This document shows positions 34,516 through 43,698 of a stretch of DNA of 60,159 nt, one piece after another. Below the pieces are notes generated by a model, which was not told the origin of the DNA, ran no database searches, and was given only the letters and a program-made list of their open reading frames with translations. The DNA comes from Gemmatimonadales bacterium (lineage in GTDB: Bacteria; Gemmatimonadota; Gemmatimonadetes; Palauibacterales; KS3-K002): the NCBI GenBank assembly GCA_050050535.1, contig JASFTY010000001.1:1-60159 (forward strand). The letters are read 5' to 3'. Position 1 is the first letter of the stretch. Each line of letters begins with the position of its first letter. A program made the translations under genes and the position numbers.

Positions 34516-36333
34516 TTGAGCCAGCAACTACTCATCGCCTTGGCGAGCATCGTCACTCTCGGGATCGCGGCCGAGTGGTTGGCGTGGCGGATTCATCTGC
34601 CGTCGATCCTGGTTCTGTTGGTGTTCGGTTTCGCCGCCGGGCCGGTGAGTGGGTTCCTGGACCCGGACGCCATGCTGGGCGAGCTGCTCTTCCCGATCGT
34701 CTCGATCTCAGTAGCGATCATCCTGTTCGAGGGTGGCATGAGCCTCCGGTTGCGGGAATTGCGACAGATCGGCCATGTAGTACGCAACCTGGTGACCGTG
34801 GGCGCGCTGGTGACGTGGGGGCTGGCGGCACTCGCGGGGCATCTGGTGATCGGGCTGGAACTGGAGCCGGCGCTACTCCTGGGCGCGATACTGGTGGTGA
34901 CGGGTCCGACGGTGATCGTGCCGCTGCTGCGGCACGTGCGGCCGGTACATCAGGTGGGGTCGACGCTGAAGTGGGAAGGTATCCTGATCGATCCTATCGG
35001 AGCGGTCCTCGCGGTTCTCGTATTCGAGGCGGTGCTGGCCGGTGAGGTGGAGGCCGCGACGACGGCAGTGCTGCTGGCGCTATCCAGGACCGTGGTCATC
35101 GGTGCCGTGCTGGCGGCGCTGGGGGCCGGGCTCCTAGTCCTGCTGATGCATCGTCAGTGGGTTCCCGAGTTTCTGGAGAGTCCGTTGGCGCTGATGGTCG
35201 TGGTGGCGACGTTCGCGGGCTCGAACGTGCTGCAGCCGGAGTCGGGACTGCTCACGGCCACCCTGATGGGCGTCGCTGTGGCCAACCAGAAGGTCGTGGG
35301 GGTCCGGCACATTCTGGAGTTCAAGGAGAACTTGCGGGTCCTGCTGATCTCGGGCTTGTTCATCCTGCTGGCGGCACGTCTGCAGACGGCGGCTCTGCGA
35401 CAGATCGGGCTAGCCGAGGTGGGGTTTCTCGCGGCACTCATACTCGTGGTGCGGCCCGCCGCCGTCGCGCTCTCCTCCTTCAGGTCGGAGTTCAATTGGA
35501 GGGAGCGTGCCCTTTTGTCGTGGATCGCGCCGCGCGGAATCGTGGCGGCCGCGGTCTCCTCGATCTTCGCACTCGGGCTCGCCGAGGCCGGCTACGCAGG
35601 AGCCGATCGCTTGGTGGCGATTACCTTCATGGTGATCATCGCCACGGTAGCCATTTACGGTCTGACCGCCAGCCCGGTGGCCCGTTGGCTCGGCGTCGCC
35701 CAGCCCGACCCGCAGGGCGTGCTGATCGTAGGCGCGCATCCTTGGGCACGCGAGATCGCTCGAGAGCTCAAGGACGAAGGGATCCCCGTCCGCCTCGTCG
35801 ACACGAATTACGCCAACGTCGCGGAAGCCCGCATGGCCGGGCTGCCGGTCTACTATGGCAGCGCGTTGACCGAGGGCACGCTGGACAACATCGAGCTCGA
35901 GGGGATCGGCAACTTGCTGGCGCTGACCTCCAACGACGAGGTCAACTCGCTGACCGCCCTCCATTTCAGCGAGATCTTCGGCAGGGACAGGGTTTATCAG
36001 CTGCCGCCCGAGCAACTGGCCGACACCAAGAAGCAGGTGCTGTCGCAGCAGCTCCGGGGCCGCTTCCTGTTCGACCCCGACGCCTCGTACTGGCAACTGA
36101 CGGCCCGGTTCGACGCCGGCGCCGACGTCAAGACCACCAATTTGACGGAAACCTTCGATTTCCAAACATTCAGGGACCGTTACCGTGATGCGATCCCCCT
36201 ATTCCTTATCGGCGAGGGCGGTCGCCTGACCATCTTCACGGCAGAGGATCCGCCCAAGCCCAGCCGCGGGCAGCGAGTCGTGGCTGTCGTCGAGTCGCTG
36301 GAGGGAGCGGCCGAACGCACGGCTCGGCGCTGA
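34516..36333 (+). CDS. Na+/H+ (cation:proton) antiporter, CPA1/NhaP type, with C-terminal RCK/TrkA-like domain
   Basis: About 12 TM helices and an ILFEGG motif. C-terminal VLIVGAHPWAREIARELKDEGIPVRLVD is Rossmann-like. Confidence 0.85.
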   Translation: MSQQLLIALASIVTLGIAAEWLAWRIHLPSILVLLVFGFAAGPVSGFLDPDAMLGELLFPIVSISVAIILFEGGMSLRLRELRQIGHVVRNLVTVGALVTWGLAALAGHLVIGLELEPALLLGAILVVTGPTVIVPLLRHVRPVHQVGSTLKWEGILIDPIGAVLAVLVFEAVLAGEVEAATTAVLLALSRTVVIGAVLAALGAGLLVLLMHRQWVPEFLESPLALMVVVATFAGSNVLQPESGLLTATLMGVAVANQKVVGVRHILEFKENLRVLLISGLFILLAARLQTAALRQIGLAEVGFLAALILVVRPAAVALSSFRSEFNWRERALLSWIAPRGIVAAAVSSIFALGLAEAGYAGADRLVAITFMVIIATVAIYGLTASPVARWLGVAQPDPQGVLIVGAHPWAREIARELKDEGIPVRLVDTNYANVAEARMAGLPVYYGSALTEGTLDNIELEGIGNLLALTSNDEVNSLTALHFSEIFGRDRVYQLPPEQLADTKKQVLSQQLRGRFLFDPDASYWQLTARFDAGADVKTTNLTETFDFQTFRDRYRDAIPLFLIGEGGRLTIFTAEDPPKPSRGQRVVAVVESLEGAAERTARR

Positions 36334-36359
36334 TCCCCGACCGCAGAGAGACACGAGCG

Positions 36360-37973
36360 ATGAAACTCATCGGTGAGCTGTACCGCCTGCAGGAGGAACG
36401 CGGTTACCTACACCCCGACGACCTTGGGGCACTGGCCGAGCGACTGCGCGTTCCGCTCCACCGGGTCGAGGAGGTGGTGTCCTTCTACACGCACTTCCGC
36501 ACCGAGCCGCCGGCGAAGACGGAGGTCGCCATCTGCCGCGACCTCTCGTGTCACCTGCTGGAGTGCCGGGACTACTGCTCGAAGGTCCGAGGATTGTTGA
36601 GCGGCGACGGCACTGTGGATGTGCATGAGGTCTCATGCCTGGGGCGCTGTGAGTTCGCCCCCGCAGCCCTGGTGAATGATGTTCCGGTCGGCCGTGTCAG
36701 TCCTGAGGAGCTGGCCTACTACGCACGCGCGCCCGAAAGGCTGCCGCCGGCGCGTAGCGTGCACACGCGTCGCTGGCGCATCGACTACTGCGGCGAAAGC
36801 GGGCAGAAGTACTCGGCCTGCGAGCGCTACCGCGACGGCGGGGACGACGCAGCCGCCGAGATCATCGAGACGCTGAAGGCGGCCGGCCTGCGCGGGATGG
36901 GCGGCGCCGGTTTCCCGACAGGCCTCAAGTGGGAGCTGGTGCGCAAAGAGCCGGCCACACCGAAGTACGTTATCTGCAACGCGGACGAGAGTGAGCCGGG
37001 CGCGTTCAAGGATCGTGTGATCCACGAAGAGCTGCCTCACCTGGTGATCGAGGGGATGTGTCTCGCCGCGCTGGTCGCCGGGGCGAAGCAGGGATACATC
37101 TACGTGCGCAACGAGTACGAGCCGGAGCGGCGAGCGATGCAGCTGGCACTCGACGACGCGCGGGCGCGCGGCGTGCTGGGTGAGCACTTCGACGTCGAGA
37201 TCTTCGTTTCGCCCGGCGGTTACATACTCGGCGAGGAGACCGCGCTGCTCGAAGCACTGGAGGACCGGCGCGGCGAGCCGCGCAACAAGCCGCCCTATCC
37301 GGGCCAAAAGGGGTTGTGGGGTCGACCCACGGTGGTCAACAACGTCGAGACGCTCGCCCTCGTCCCTGCCATCCTGAGAAACGGCGCCGATTGGTGGAAG
37401 GCGCAGGGTGTTAGGGGTCACTCCGGCCTCAAGTTCATCGGCGTCTCGGGTCACGTGGAGAACCCGGGCGTCTTCGAGATTCACATGGGGACGACGGTGG
37501 CGGAGTTGATCGAGCGGGCCGGCGGAGTAAAGGACGGCAAGGCGCTCAAGGCATTCGCACCGGGCGGGGCGAGCTCGAACTTCTTACCTGCGGAGAAGGC
37601 CGACACGGAGATCGACTTCGAGACAATCGCCGACGCCGGCAGCATGCTGGGCGCCGCCGCCCTGGTCGTCATGGCGGAGGGCACCGACATGATCAAGGCG
37701 GCGACGAACGTCACACGGTTCTTCCGCAACGAGTCGTGCGGCAAGTGCGTACCGTGCCGCACCGGCATCGAGAAGGTCGTCGCCATGCTGGACGCGATAA
37801 TGGCCCGTGCGGGAGACGGCAAGCTCCGCGACATCCTCCCGACTCTGGAAGAGACGTTGGCCGAGACCTCGATCTGCGGGCTGGGCCAGGTGGCACTGGG
37901 GCCGATTAGCTCCGCGTTGAAGTACTGGGACGATGAACTGGACGCCTACCTTGCGAAGTCGCAGGGCCGGTGA
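36360..37973 (+). CDS. NAD-dependent formate dehydrogenase beta subunit (fused NuoE-like + NuoF-like)
   Basis: N-terminal 2Fe-2S thioredoxin-like module (VAICRDLSCHL...CLGRCEFAP), then GLRGMGGAGFPTGLKWE, the FMN/NAD site, and ESCGKCVPCR (4Fe-4S). Confidence 0.85.
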   Translation: MKLIGELYRLQEERGYLHPDDLGALAERLRVPLHRVEEVVSFYTHFRTEPPAKTEVAICRDLSCHLLECRDYCSKVRGLLSGDGTVDVHEVSCLGRCEFAPAALVNDVPVGRVSPEELAYYARAPERLPPARSVHTRRWRIDYCGESGQKYSACERYRDGGDDAAAEIIETLKAAGLRGMGGAGFPTGLKWELVRKEPATPKYVICNADESEPGAFKDRVIHEELPHLVIEGMCLAALVAGAKQGYIYVRNEYEPERRAMQLALDDARARGVLGEHFDVEIFVSPGGYILGEETALLEALEDRRGEPRNKPPYPGQKGLWGRPTVVNNVETLALVPAILRNGADWWKAQGVRGHSGLKFIGVSGHVENPGVFEIHMGTTVAELIERAGGVKDGKALKAFAPGGASSNFLPAEKADTEIDFETIADAGSMLGAAALVVMAEGTDMIKAATNVTRFFRNESCGKCVPCRTGIEKVVAMLDAIMARAGDGKLRDILPTLEETLAETSICGLGQVALGPISSALKYWDDELDAYLAKSQGR

Positions 37974-37988
37974 CCGGCGAGGAGACCG

Positions 37989-40811
37989 ATGATCAAGAAG
38001 GCGGAGACCAATCGAACCGTGAACCTGACGATCGACGGTCGCCAGGTCACGGTACCGGCAGGTACGACGATCTGGGATGCGGCGAGCGAGGTCGGGATCG
38101 AGATCCCCGGCCTTTGCCACGATCCGCGACTCCGGCCCATCGGCGTCTGCCGCATCTGCGTCGTCGACGTCGGTGAGCGCGTACTGGCAGCGGCCTGTGT
38201 GCGCGAGGTGGCCGACGGTATGAACGTGCAGACGAGCTCCGAGAAGGTGGACCGTTGCCGCAGGACGCTCACCGAGCTTCTGATGTCCGATTATCCCGCG
38301 GAATCGCTGCGAGAGCAGAAGACCGGTGACGACGCGCTGCTCGCGCTCGCCCGCGCCTACGGAATCGAGCCGGCGGCGATCGAGCTGCCCGCCGGCGACG
38401 GGCGACCCCAGGACCTCTCGTCGCCGGTCATCGACGTGGATCATGCCGCCTGCATCCTCTGCGACCGCTGCATCCGCGCCTGCGACGAGGTCCAGCACAA
38501 CGACGTCATCGGGCGTACCGGCAAAGGTTACAGGTCAAGGATCGCTTTCGACCTCGACGTGCCGATGGGCGACAGCACCTGCGTCGCCTGTGGTGAGTGC
38601 GCCGCCGTTTGCCCCACCGGGGCGCTCACCGACAAGAGACTCATGGTACCGATCCAACCGCGGGGAGAGCTGCAGAGCGTCGAATCGGTCTGTCCGTACT
38701 GTGGCGTCGGCTGCGCCATCACCTACCACGTGGACCGAGACGCCAACGCCGTCGTGTTCGCCGAGGGGCGCGAGAGCCCCGCCAGCGACTCGCGCCTCTG
38801 TGTGAAGGGGCGCTACGGCTTCGACTACGCGAAGCATCCGCAACGCCTGACGGTCCCACTGATACGTAGGGACAATTTCTATCCGAAGGGCCCACTCTCC
38901 TCCGACGTGAAAGGCGAACGGCGCAGAAAGCTGGGCGGCCTGGTGGACTACGACGAGGTGATGCCGGCCTTCCGCGAGGCGACCTGGGAGGAGGCCTTGG
39001 ACTTGGCCGCCAGCCGCTTGCGCGAGATAAGGGAGAAGGACGGTCCTTCGGCGCTGGCCGGGTTCGGCTCGGCGAAGTGCAGCAACGAGGAGGGCTATCT
39101 CTTTCAGAAGCTGGTGCGCGCAGTATTCGGGACGAACAACGTGGATCACTGTACACGCCTGTGTCACGCATCATCGGTGGCAGCTCTGCTCGAGACGATC
39201 GGGTCGGGCGCGGTCACCAATGTCTTTGCCGACGTACACAACGCCGATGTCGCCGTGGTGACGGGCAGCAATACGACGGTGAACCACCCGGTGGCGGCGA
39301 CGTTCATCAAGGACGCTGCAGCGAAGGGGACGACACTCATCGTGATCGACTCGCGCGAGACCGGGATCGCCAGGCATGCGCACCACTTCCTGCACATCAG
39401 AGCCGGATCAGACGTAGCGCTGTACAACGCGATGATGCACGTGCTGATCGAGGAAGACCTCATCAATCACGCTTACATCCGCGACTACGCCGAGGGTTTC
39501 GACGGGCTGCGCGAGCTGGTGAACAGGTACACACCGGAGATGGCGCAAGAGATCTGTGGCATCTCGGCCGACCGGATCAGGGAGGTCGCCCGTGTGTTCG
39601 GACGCGCTGACGCGGCTCTGATCTTCTGGGGGATGGGCATCTCTCAGCATTCGCACGGCACCGACAACGCCCGCTGCCTGATCTCGCTGGCCCTGCTCAC
39701 CGGCAATGTGGGTCGCCCGGGGACCGGCCTTCACCCGTTGCGCGGGCAGAACAACGTGCAGGGCGCCTCGGACGCCGGTCTGATCCCGATGGTCTACCCG
39801 GACTATCAGCGGGTAGCGAGCTCGGCGTCGAGGAAGAAGTTCGAGGAGGCGTGGGGCGTGACGCTCGACCCGAACCCGGGGCTCACCGTCGTCGAGATCA
39901 TCAACGGTGCACTGGCCGGGCAGATCAAGGGCATGTACATGATGGGCGAGAACCCCTTCCTGTCGGACCCCAACGCGAACAAGGTCCGGAAGGCGCTCGC
40001 CAACCTCGAGTTCCTCTGCTCGCAGGACATCTTCCTCACCGAGACGGCCGAGTTCGCCGACGTCATCCTGCCGGCGACCTCTTTCTTCGAGAAGCAGGGG
40101 ACCTACACGAACTCGGATCGCCGCGTCCAGGTCGGGCAGAAGGTGATCGAGCCGCCCGGTCAGGCGCGCCTCGACTGGGAGCTGGTCTGTGAGATCGCGA
40201 CGCGGATGGGCTATCCGATGAGCTACGGCGGCGCCGACGAGATCTTCGCCGAGTTCACCTCACTGGCGCCCAGTTATTCGGGCCTCGACTACGAGAACCT
40301 GCGGCCTGTGGGCAAACTGTGGCCCTGCCCCGATCCGGCGACGGGCGATGGTCTGCAGTTGCTGTTCGGCGACGGGTTCCCCACCGCGAGTGGCCGCGGC
40401 AAGTTCGTGCCCGTCGACTACCAGCCGGCGGCAGAGCTGCCCGACGACGAGTACCCCTTCATCCTGGCCACCGGCAGGCTGCTCGAGCACTGGCATACCG
40501 GGACGATGACGCGCAGGTCCAAGGCCCTCGACGCCATCGAGCCGGAGGCGACATGCCAGATGAACCCGGACGACCTAGCCGACTTGGGTATCGATCCGGA
40601 CGGCTACGTGACGCTGAGCACGCGGCGCGGGTCGATCACGCTGCGGGCGCGGAGCACGCCCGGCGTGGCGCGAGGAAACGTCTTCGCTCCGTTCCACTTC
40701 CGCGAGGCTCCGGCCAACATGCTCACAAACGACGTGCTGGACCCCTTCGGGAAGATCCCGGAGTACAAGTTCTGCGCGGTGAAGGTGGAGAAGGCCGAGC
40801 CGCCCGCCTGA
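37989..40811 (+). CDS. Formate dehydrogenase alpha subunit (molybdopterin oxidoreductase), Cys-type
   Basis: N-terminal 2Fe-2S/4Fe-4S modules (GVCRICVV, CILCDRCIRAC, CVACGECAAVCP), CPYCGVGCAI, and VDHCTRLCHASSV, where codon 392 (TGT, 39162..39164) occupies the Sec/Cys active-site column. Confidence 0.9.
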   Translation: MIKKAETNRTVNLTIDGRQVTVPAGTTIWDAASEVGIEIPGLCHDPRLRPIGVCRICVVDVGERVLAAACVREVADGMNVQTSSEKVDRCRRTLTELLMSDYPAESLREQKTGDDALLALARAYGIEPAAIELPAGDGRPQDLSSPVIDVDHAACILCDRCIRACDEVQHNDVIGRTGKGYRSRIAFDLDVPMGDSTCVACGECAAVCPTGALTDKRLMVPIQPRGELQSVESVCPYCGVGCAITYHVDRDANAVVFAEGRESPASDSRLCVKGRYGFDYAKHPQRLTVPLIRRDNFYPKGPLSSDVKGERRRKLGGLVDYDEVMPAFREATWEEALDLAASRLREIREKDGPSALAGFGSAKCSNEEGYLFQKLVRAVFGTNNVDHCTRLCHASSVAALLETIGSGAVTNVFADVHNADVAVVTGSNTTVNHPVAATFIKDAAAKGTTLIVIDSRETGIARHAHHFLHIRAGSDVALYNAMMHVLIEEDLINHAYIRDYAEGFDGLRELVNRYTPEMAQEICGISADRIREVARVFGRADAALIFWGMGISQHSHGTDNARCLISLALLTGNVGRPGTGLHPLRGQNNVQGASDAGLIPMVYPDYQRVASSASRKKFEEAWGVTLDPNPGLTVVEIINGALAGQIKGMYMMGENPFLSDPNANKVRKALANLEFLCSQDIFLTETAEFADVILPATSFFEKQGTYTNSDRRVQVGQKVIEPPGQARLDWELVCEIATRMGYPMSYGGADEIFAEFTSLAPSYSGLDYENLRPVGKLWPCPDPATGDGLQLLFGDGFPTASGRGKFVPVDYQPAAELPDDEYPFILATGRLLEHWHTGTMTRRSKALDAIEPEATCQMNPDDLADLGIDPDGYVTLSTRRGSITLRARSTPGVARGNVFAPFHFREAPANMLTNDVLDPFGKIPEYKFCAVKVEKAEPPA

Positions 40812-40834
40812 ACGAACCGTGCCGCAACCGCGAC

Positions 40835-41812
40835 CTACTCGATCTCGGCAGCCTGGCCAGGGCGGCGCGCGCCGAACCGGATCTCCACTGGGTAGCCGGC
40901 GGCGAACTCGGAGAATCTGCCGGGCGACATCGCCCAGATGCTCGACCGCGCTCCGCCGGCCATCGCCTGCAGGACCTCGACCTCGCGCCGCAGCCCGTCG
41001 TCCCCCGAGATGTCCTCGGCGAAGGTCGCGGCCAGCGCGCGCAGGCGGTCCCGAAGGGTCCGCGGCTCGATCTCCACGACAGCATCTCCTTCGAACCCCG
41101 GCTGCACGAACTGCTGCCACCAGCCGTATTCCTCGTCGGGCAACTCATTACCCCGGGTCAGGATGAGACCCGCCAATTCGCTGGTCAGGTTATGCACACG
41201 GAACGCCGGGCCCTCTCGCGTGGCAAAGCTGAGGCTGAGCCGCTTGACCCCGGCATCCTCGACCAGCGCCTGGAGGTCCCTCCGCATCTCACCCTCGTCC
41301 AGATACGCGTTCACCGCCATGCTGCCCTGCAGGCTCCGCAACTCTATCGAGTAGCGATACCAGCCGGAAGCGGGGCCCGTGGAGTAGTAGGCCGACTCAT
41401 CAACGAGATACTGCGGGAAGAGCTCTATCCCGTCTTTCGTTCGAACGATCTTCCCTGTCTCGACCGCGAATTCCCTCCGCCGGGCTGCAGTCTCCCCGAA
41501 GCGCAGGCGAAGGGCGACCACAAGGGCGGCCAACAGAGTTCCGGCGGGTGCGAATGACAGGCCGACGTAACCGAACGGACCCCGGGCGGCGAAGCACGCT
41601 CCTGTCGAGATCAGCACCGCCCACGGCCAGACATTGCAGCCGTTGACGGAGGCGGAAGAGACCGAGTTCTCCCGACCCAGCACCGCTACGAACAGGTCCA
41701 CCAGATAGTGCAGCGTGAACAGGCTGACCAGCGCACTGAGCAGAAAGGCGATAGCGAGATAGACCACCGTTCGCCTACGCCACAGTGGCTTAGTACCGGA
41801 AGACCGCCGCAA
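40835..41812 (-). CDS. Hypothetical membrane protein (about 3 N-terminal TM helices plus a soluble domain of about 210 aa)
   Basis: Overlaps the upstream eRF1-like gene by 23 nt. No family recognised. Confidence 0.6.
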   Translation of the reverse strand: MRRSSGTKPLWRRRTVVYLAIAFLLSALVSLFTLHYLVDLFVAVLGRENSVSSASVNGCNVWPWAVLISTGACFAARGPFGYVGLSFAPAGTLLAALVVALRLRFGETAARRREFAVETGKIVRTKDGIELFPQYLVDESAYYSTGPASGWYRYSIELRSLQGSMAVNAYLDEGEMRRDLQALVEDAGVKRLSLSFATREGPAFRVHNLTSELAGLILTRGNELPDEEYGWWQQFVQPGFEGDAVVEIEPRTLRDRLRALAATFAEDISGDDGLRREVEVLQAMAGGARSSIWAMSPGRFSEFAAGYPVEIRFGARRPGQAAEIE

Positions 41813-42938
41813 CCGGGCTCCGCGCGTCCGGGACTTCGGTCGGGCTGACCGCGTAGACGTCTCCGGCGTGCGCCAGCGTCAGCACCGCGGCAAGGTCCAG
41901 CAGGTCCTGGTCACCCGGCTGCCGATCCTCGTGTAGCTCCAGTTCGCCGGCAGCCGCCTCGAACGCGCCCCAGCGCTGCACACCCACCGCAACGAAGAGC
42001 GAGTCAACACGACCTTGAAAGGCCGACGGTACGATCCTCTTCAGATCGGCCGATGTCTTGCCCGTCCCGGCCAATTCCCGGTATTTCGCAGACGCCCGCG
42101 CCTGCACTGTGGCGAAATGCGGCTCCAAAATGGCCCAGGCCTCGTCATGAAGCTCCCGAGCCGACAGCCCATCGGGATTACCGATGATCCCTTCGTCCAT
42201 CAGCTGGGCGTAGGTGCTCGCCTCGCGGTAGATGGGCAGTAGATAGTCGACACCGGCCACGACCAGCGGGATGCGCTCCGCGGACATCAACTCCTGCAGC
42301 CCCCGATCGACCCGCTTGAAATAGCGGAGCAGATCCTTCTTGTGCTCCGACTCGTCACCCGCCGAGCCGTGGCCGTGGAAGATCGCCGACCCTCCCCGCC
42401 CGGCGGTGTGGTATTGCAGTTGTCTCTCTCGCTCCTCGTCGCCCAAGGCCTCGGAGAGGCTCGTCGGCGCATCCTCCAAGTTCACCTCATCGATGCTGTG
42501 CCGCGTCCCGAGCAGCAGGCGAACCTGCTTCTGACTCACGGCCAGGACGTAGAAGCGTCCGTCGCCGCTGAGTAGTGGCAGCAACGGCTTCACGTGGAAT
42601 CGATCGGTGACCACGACGAGCTCGGCGAAGCTGACCGGCAGCCGATAGCTGCGAAACGTTTCCGGTGAAGCGAACACGGCGAGCCCATCACTCTGATGCT
42701 GCCAGAACATCTTGTCGCCCAGTAGCCTCCGCGCCGGCTCGAGGATCCTCTCGGCGTCGGCACGACGCAGCCCGTTCTTGCGGAGTCGCTCTTCCGACTG
42801 CCTGAGCAGGTTCTTCAGCCGGATAGGATCCTGCTGCGTCTCGGGGCCTAGCCGATGGGTGGGCAGGTATATCGAGACGCACAGGTCGCCGCGCTCATCG
42901 ATGAGCGTGCCTATTTCCACTCTGTTCAGGATATCCAT
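41790..42938 (-). CDS. Bacterial eRF1-like (baeRF superfamily) protein
   Basis: The N-terminus (LCVSIYLPTHRLGPETQQDPIRLKNLLRQSEERL), the central GRFYVLAVSQKQVRLLLG, a Gly-rich loop (HTAGRGGSAIFHGHGSAG), then EHKKDLLRYFKRVDRGLQELM..IPLVVAGVDYLLPIYRE follow the layout I recall for baeRF / host-attachment-protein families. Confidence 0.55.
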   Translation of the reverse strand: MDILNRVEIGTLIDERGDLCVSIYLPTHRLGPETQQDPIRLKNLLRQSEERLRKNGLRRADAERILEPARRLLGDKMFWQHQSDGLAVFASPETFRSYRLPVSFAELVVVTDRFHVKPLLPLLSGDGRFYVLAVSQKQVRLLLGTRHSIDEVNLEDAPTSLSEALGDEERERQLQYHTAGRGGSAIFHGHGSAGDESEHKKDLLRYFKRVDRGLQELMSAERIPLVVAGVDYLLPIYREASTYAQLMDEGIIGNPDGLSARELHDEAWAILEPHFATVQARASAKYRELAGTGKTSADLKRIVPSAFQGRVDSLFVAVGVQRWGAFEAAAGELELHEDRQPGDQDLLDLAAVLTLAHAGDVYAVSPTEVPDARSPVAAVFRY

Positions 42939-43038
42939 CTCGACCTCTCGCTAGCACGCGGCTTGTGGCGGGCCTGGACTGAGACCGGGCGTTCTCGGCA
43001 CCGATTGTCAAGATACCATCCTTCGTCACGCACGCCAC

Positions 43039-43268
43039 GGGACCTGGGAACTAGGGACTCTGGAGTTCTGGGAGTTGCGCTTTGGAGCGCCGGCAGTCCG
43101 CGGAATCCGTGGTATTGGGGAACTGGGGATCTCGGGATCCCCTGATTCGCGGAATCCACGGATTCCACGGATGCCTCGGATTCCTATTCGCCATCGCCGA
43201 TCCCCCGGTCGAGGAGTCACGAATAGCGGAATTCCGAATTCCGCGAATCCCCGCCCTGAATCCCCTAG
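43039..43268. repeat. Cluster of degenerate 7-8 nt direct repeats and nested GGAATCC/GGAATTCC palindromes (REP-like)
   Basis: Examples: ggggatc-tcgg-gatcccc (43125..43142), ggaatccgtgg (43102..43112) pairing with ccacggattcc (43156..43166), and gcggaatt-ccg-aattccgc (43226..43244). GGGAnCT units run in tandem at 43039..43075. Confidence 0.6.
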
Positions 43269-43331
43269 GCCCGCGGGGCCGTAGTGCTCAGTAGGGGCAG
43301 GCAGTATAATACTCAGTGAGGACCGGAGCCG

Positions 43332-43616
43332 ATGTTCATGATTGAGCTAATCCTCGCCGGCGGCGTAGCCTACGGCGGTTACAAGTACACGAAGAAGTTC
43401 GTGGTCAAGAAGCTGCGGTTCGTGCCGAAGGCCCGGCGCGGAGTCGCGCCCTGGCTGGCCGGGGCGGGCGCGCTCATCCTGGCGGCTCCCGTCGCCGCAG
43501 CCCTACCACTGATCACCGGGTTCACCGCCGCGGCGTTCGGCGCCAGTGTTGCCGGCGGTGTGGCCTCCGGCAACAAGGAAATCGAGAAGACCAACATCTG
43601 GGGCGACCGCCGCTGA
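43332..43616 (+). CDS. Small hypothetical membrane protein (94 aa)
   Basis: Two or three hydrophobic Gly/Ala-rich helices. GGAG sits 4 nt upstream and a TATAAT hexamer lies at 43305..43310. Confidence 0.5.
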   Translation: MFMIELILAGGVAYGGYKYTKKFVVKKLRFVPKARRGVAPWLAGAGALILAAPVAAALPLITGFTAAAFGASVAGGVASGNKEIEKTNIWGDRR

Positions 43617-43659
43617 GGGTCGGCCCCGAGCACTGATTACTTCACTCTGCTACGTACAA

Positions 43660-43688
43660 GGCCGCCGCGCTCGGCGAGCGCGGCGGCC
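43660..43688. terminator. Perfect 12-bp GC hairpin between convergent genes
   Basis: ggccgccgcgct-cggcg-agcgcggcggcc. Confidence 0.55.
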
Positions 43689-43698
43689 GTCACATCTT

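Noticed and set aside
39162-39164. Checked whether the formate dehydrogenase alpha subunit is a selenoprotein.
   Set aside because: The Sec-equivalent codon is TGT (Cys), in the context TRLCHASSV, and the gene has no in-frame TGA.
43039-43268. Considered a CRISPR array because of the dense short repeats.
   Set aside because: The units are 7-20 nt, degenerate and mostly palindromic or nested. There are no regularly spaced unique spacers of about 30 nt, and there are no cas genes in the window.
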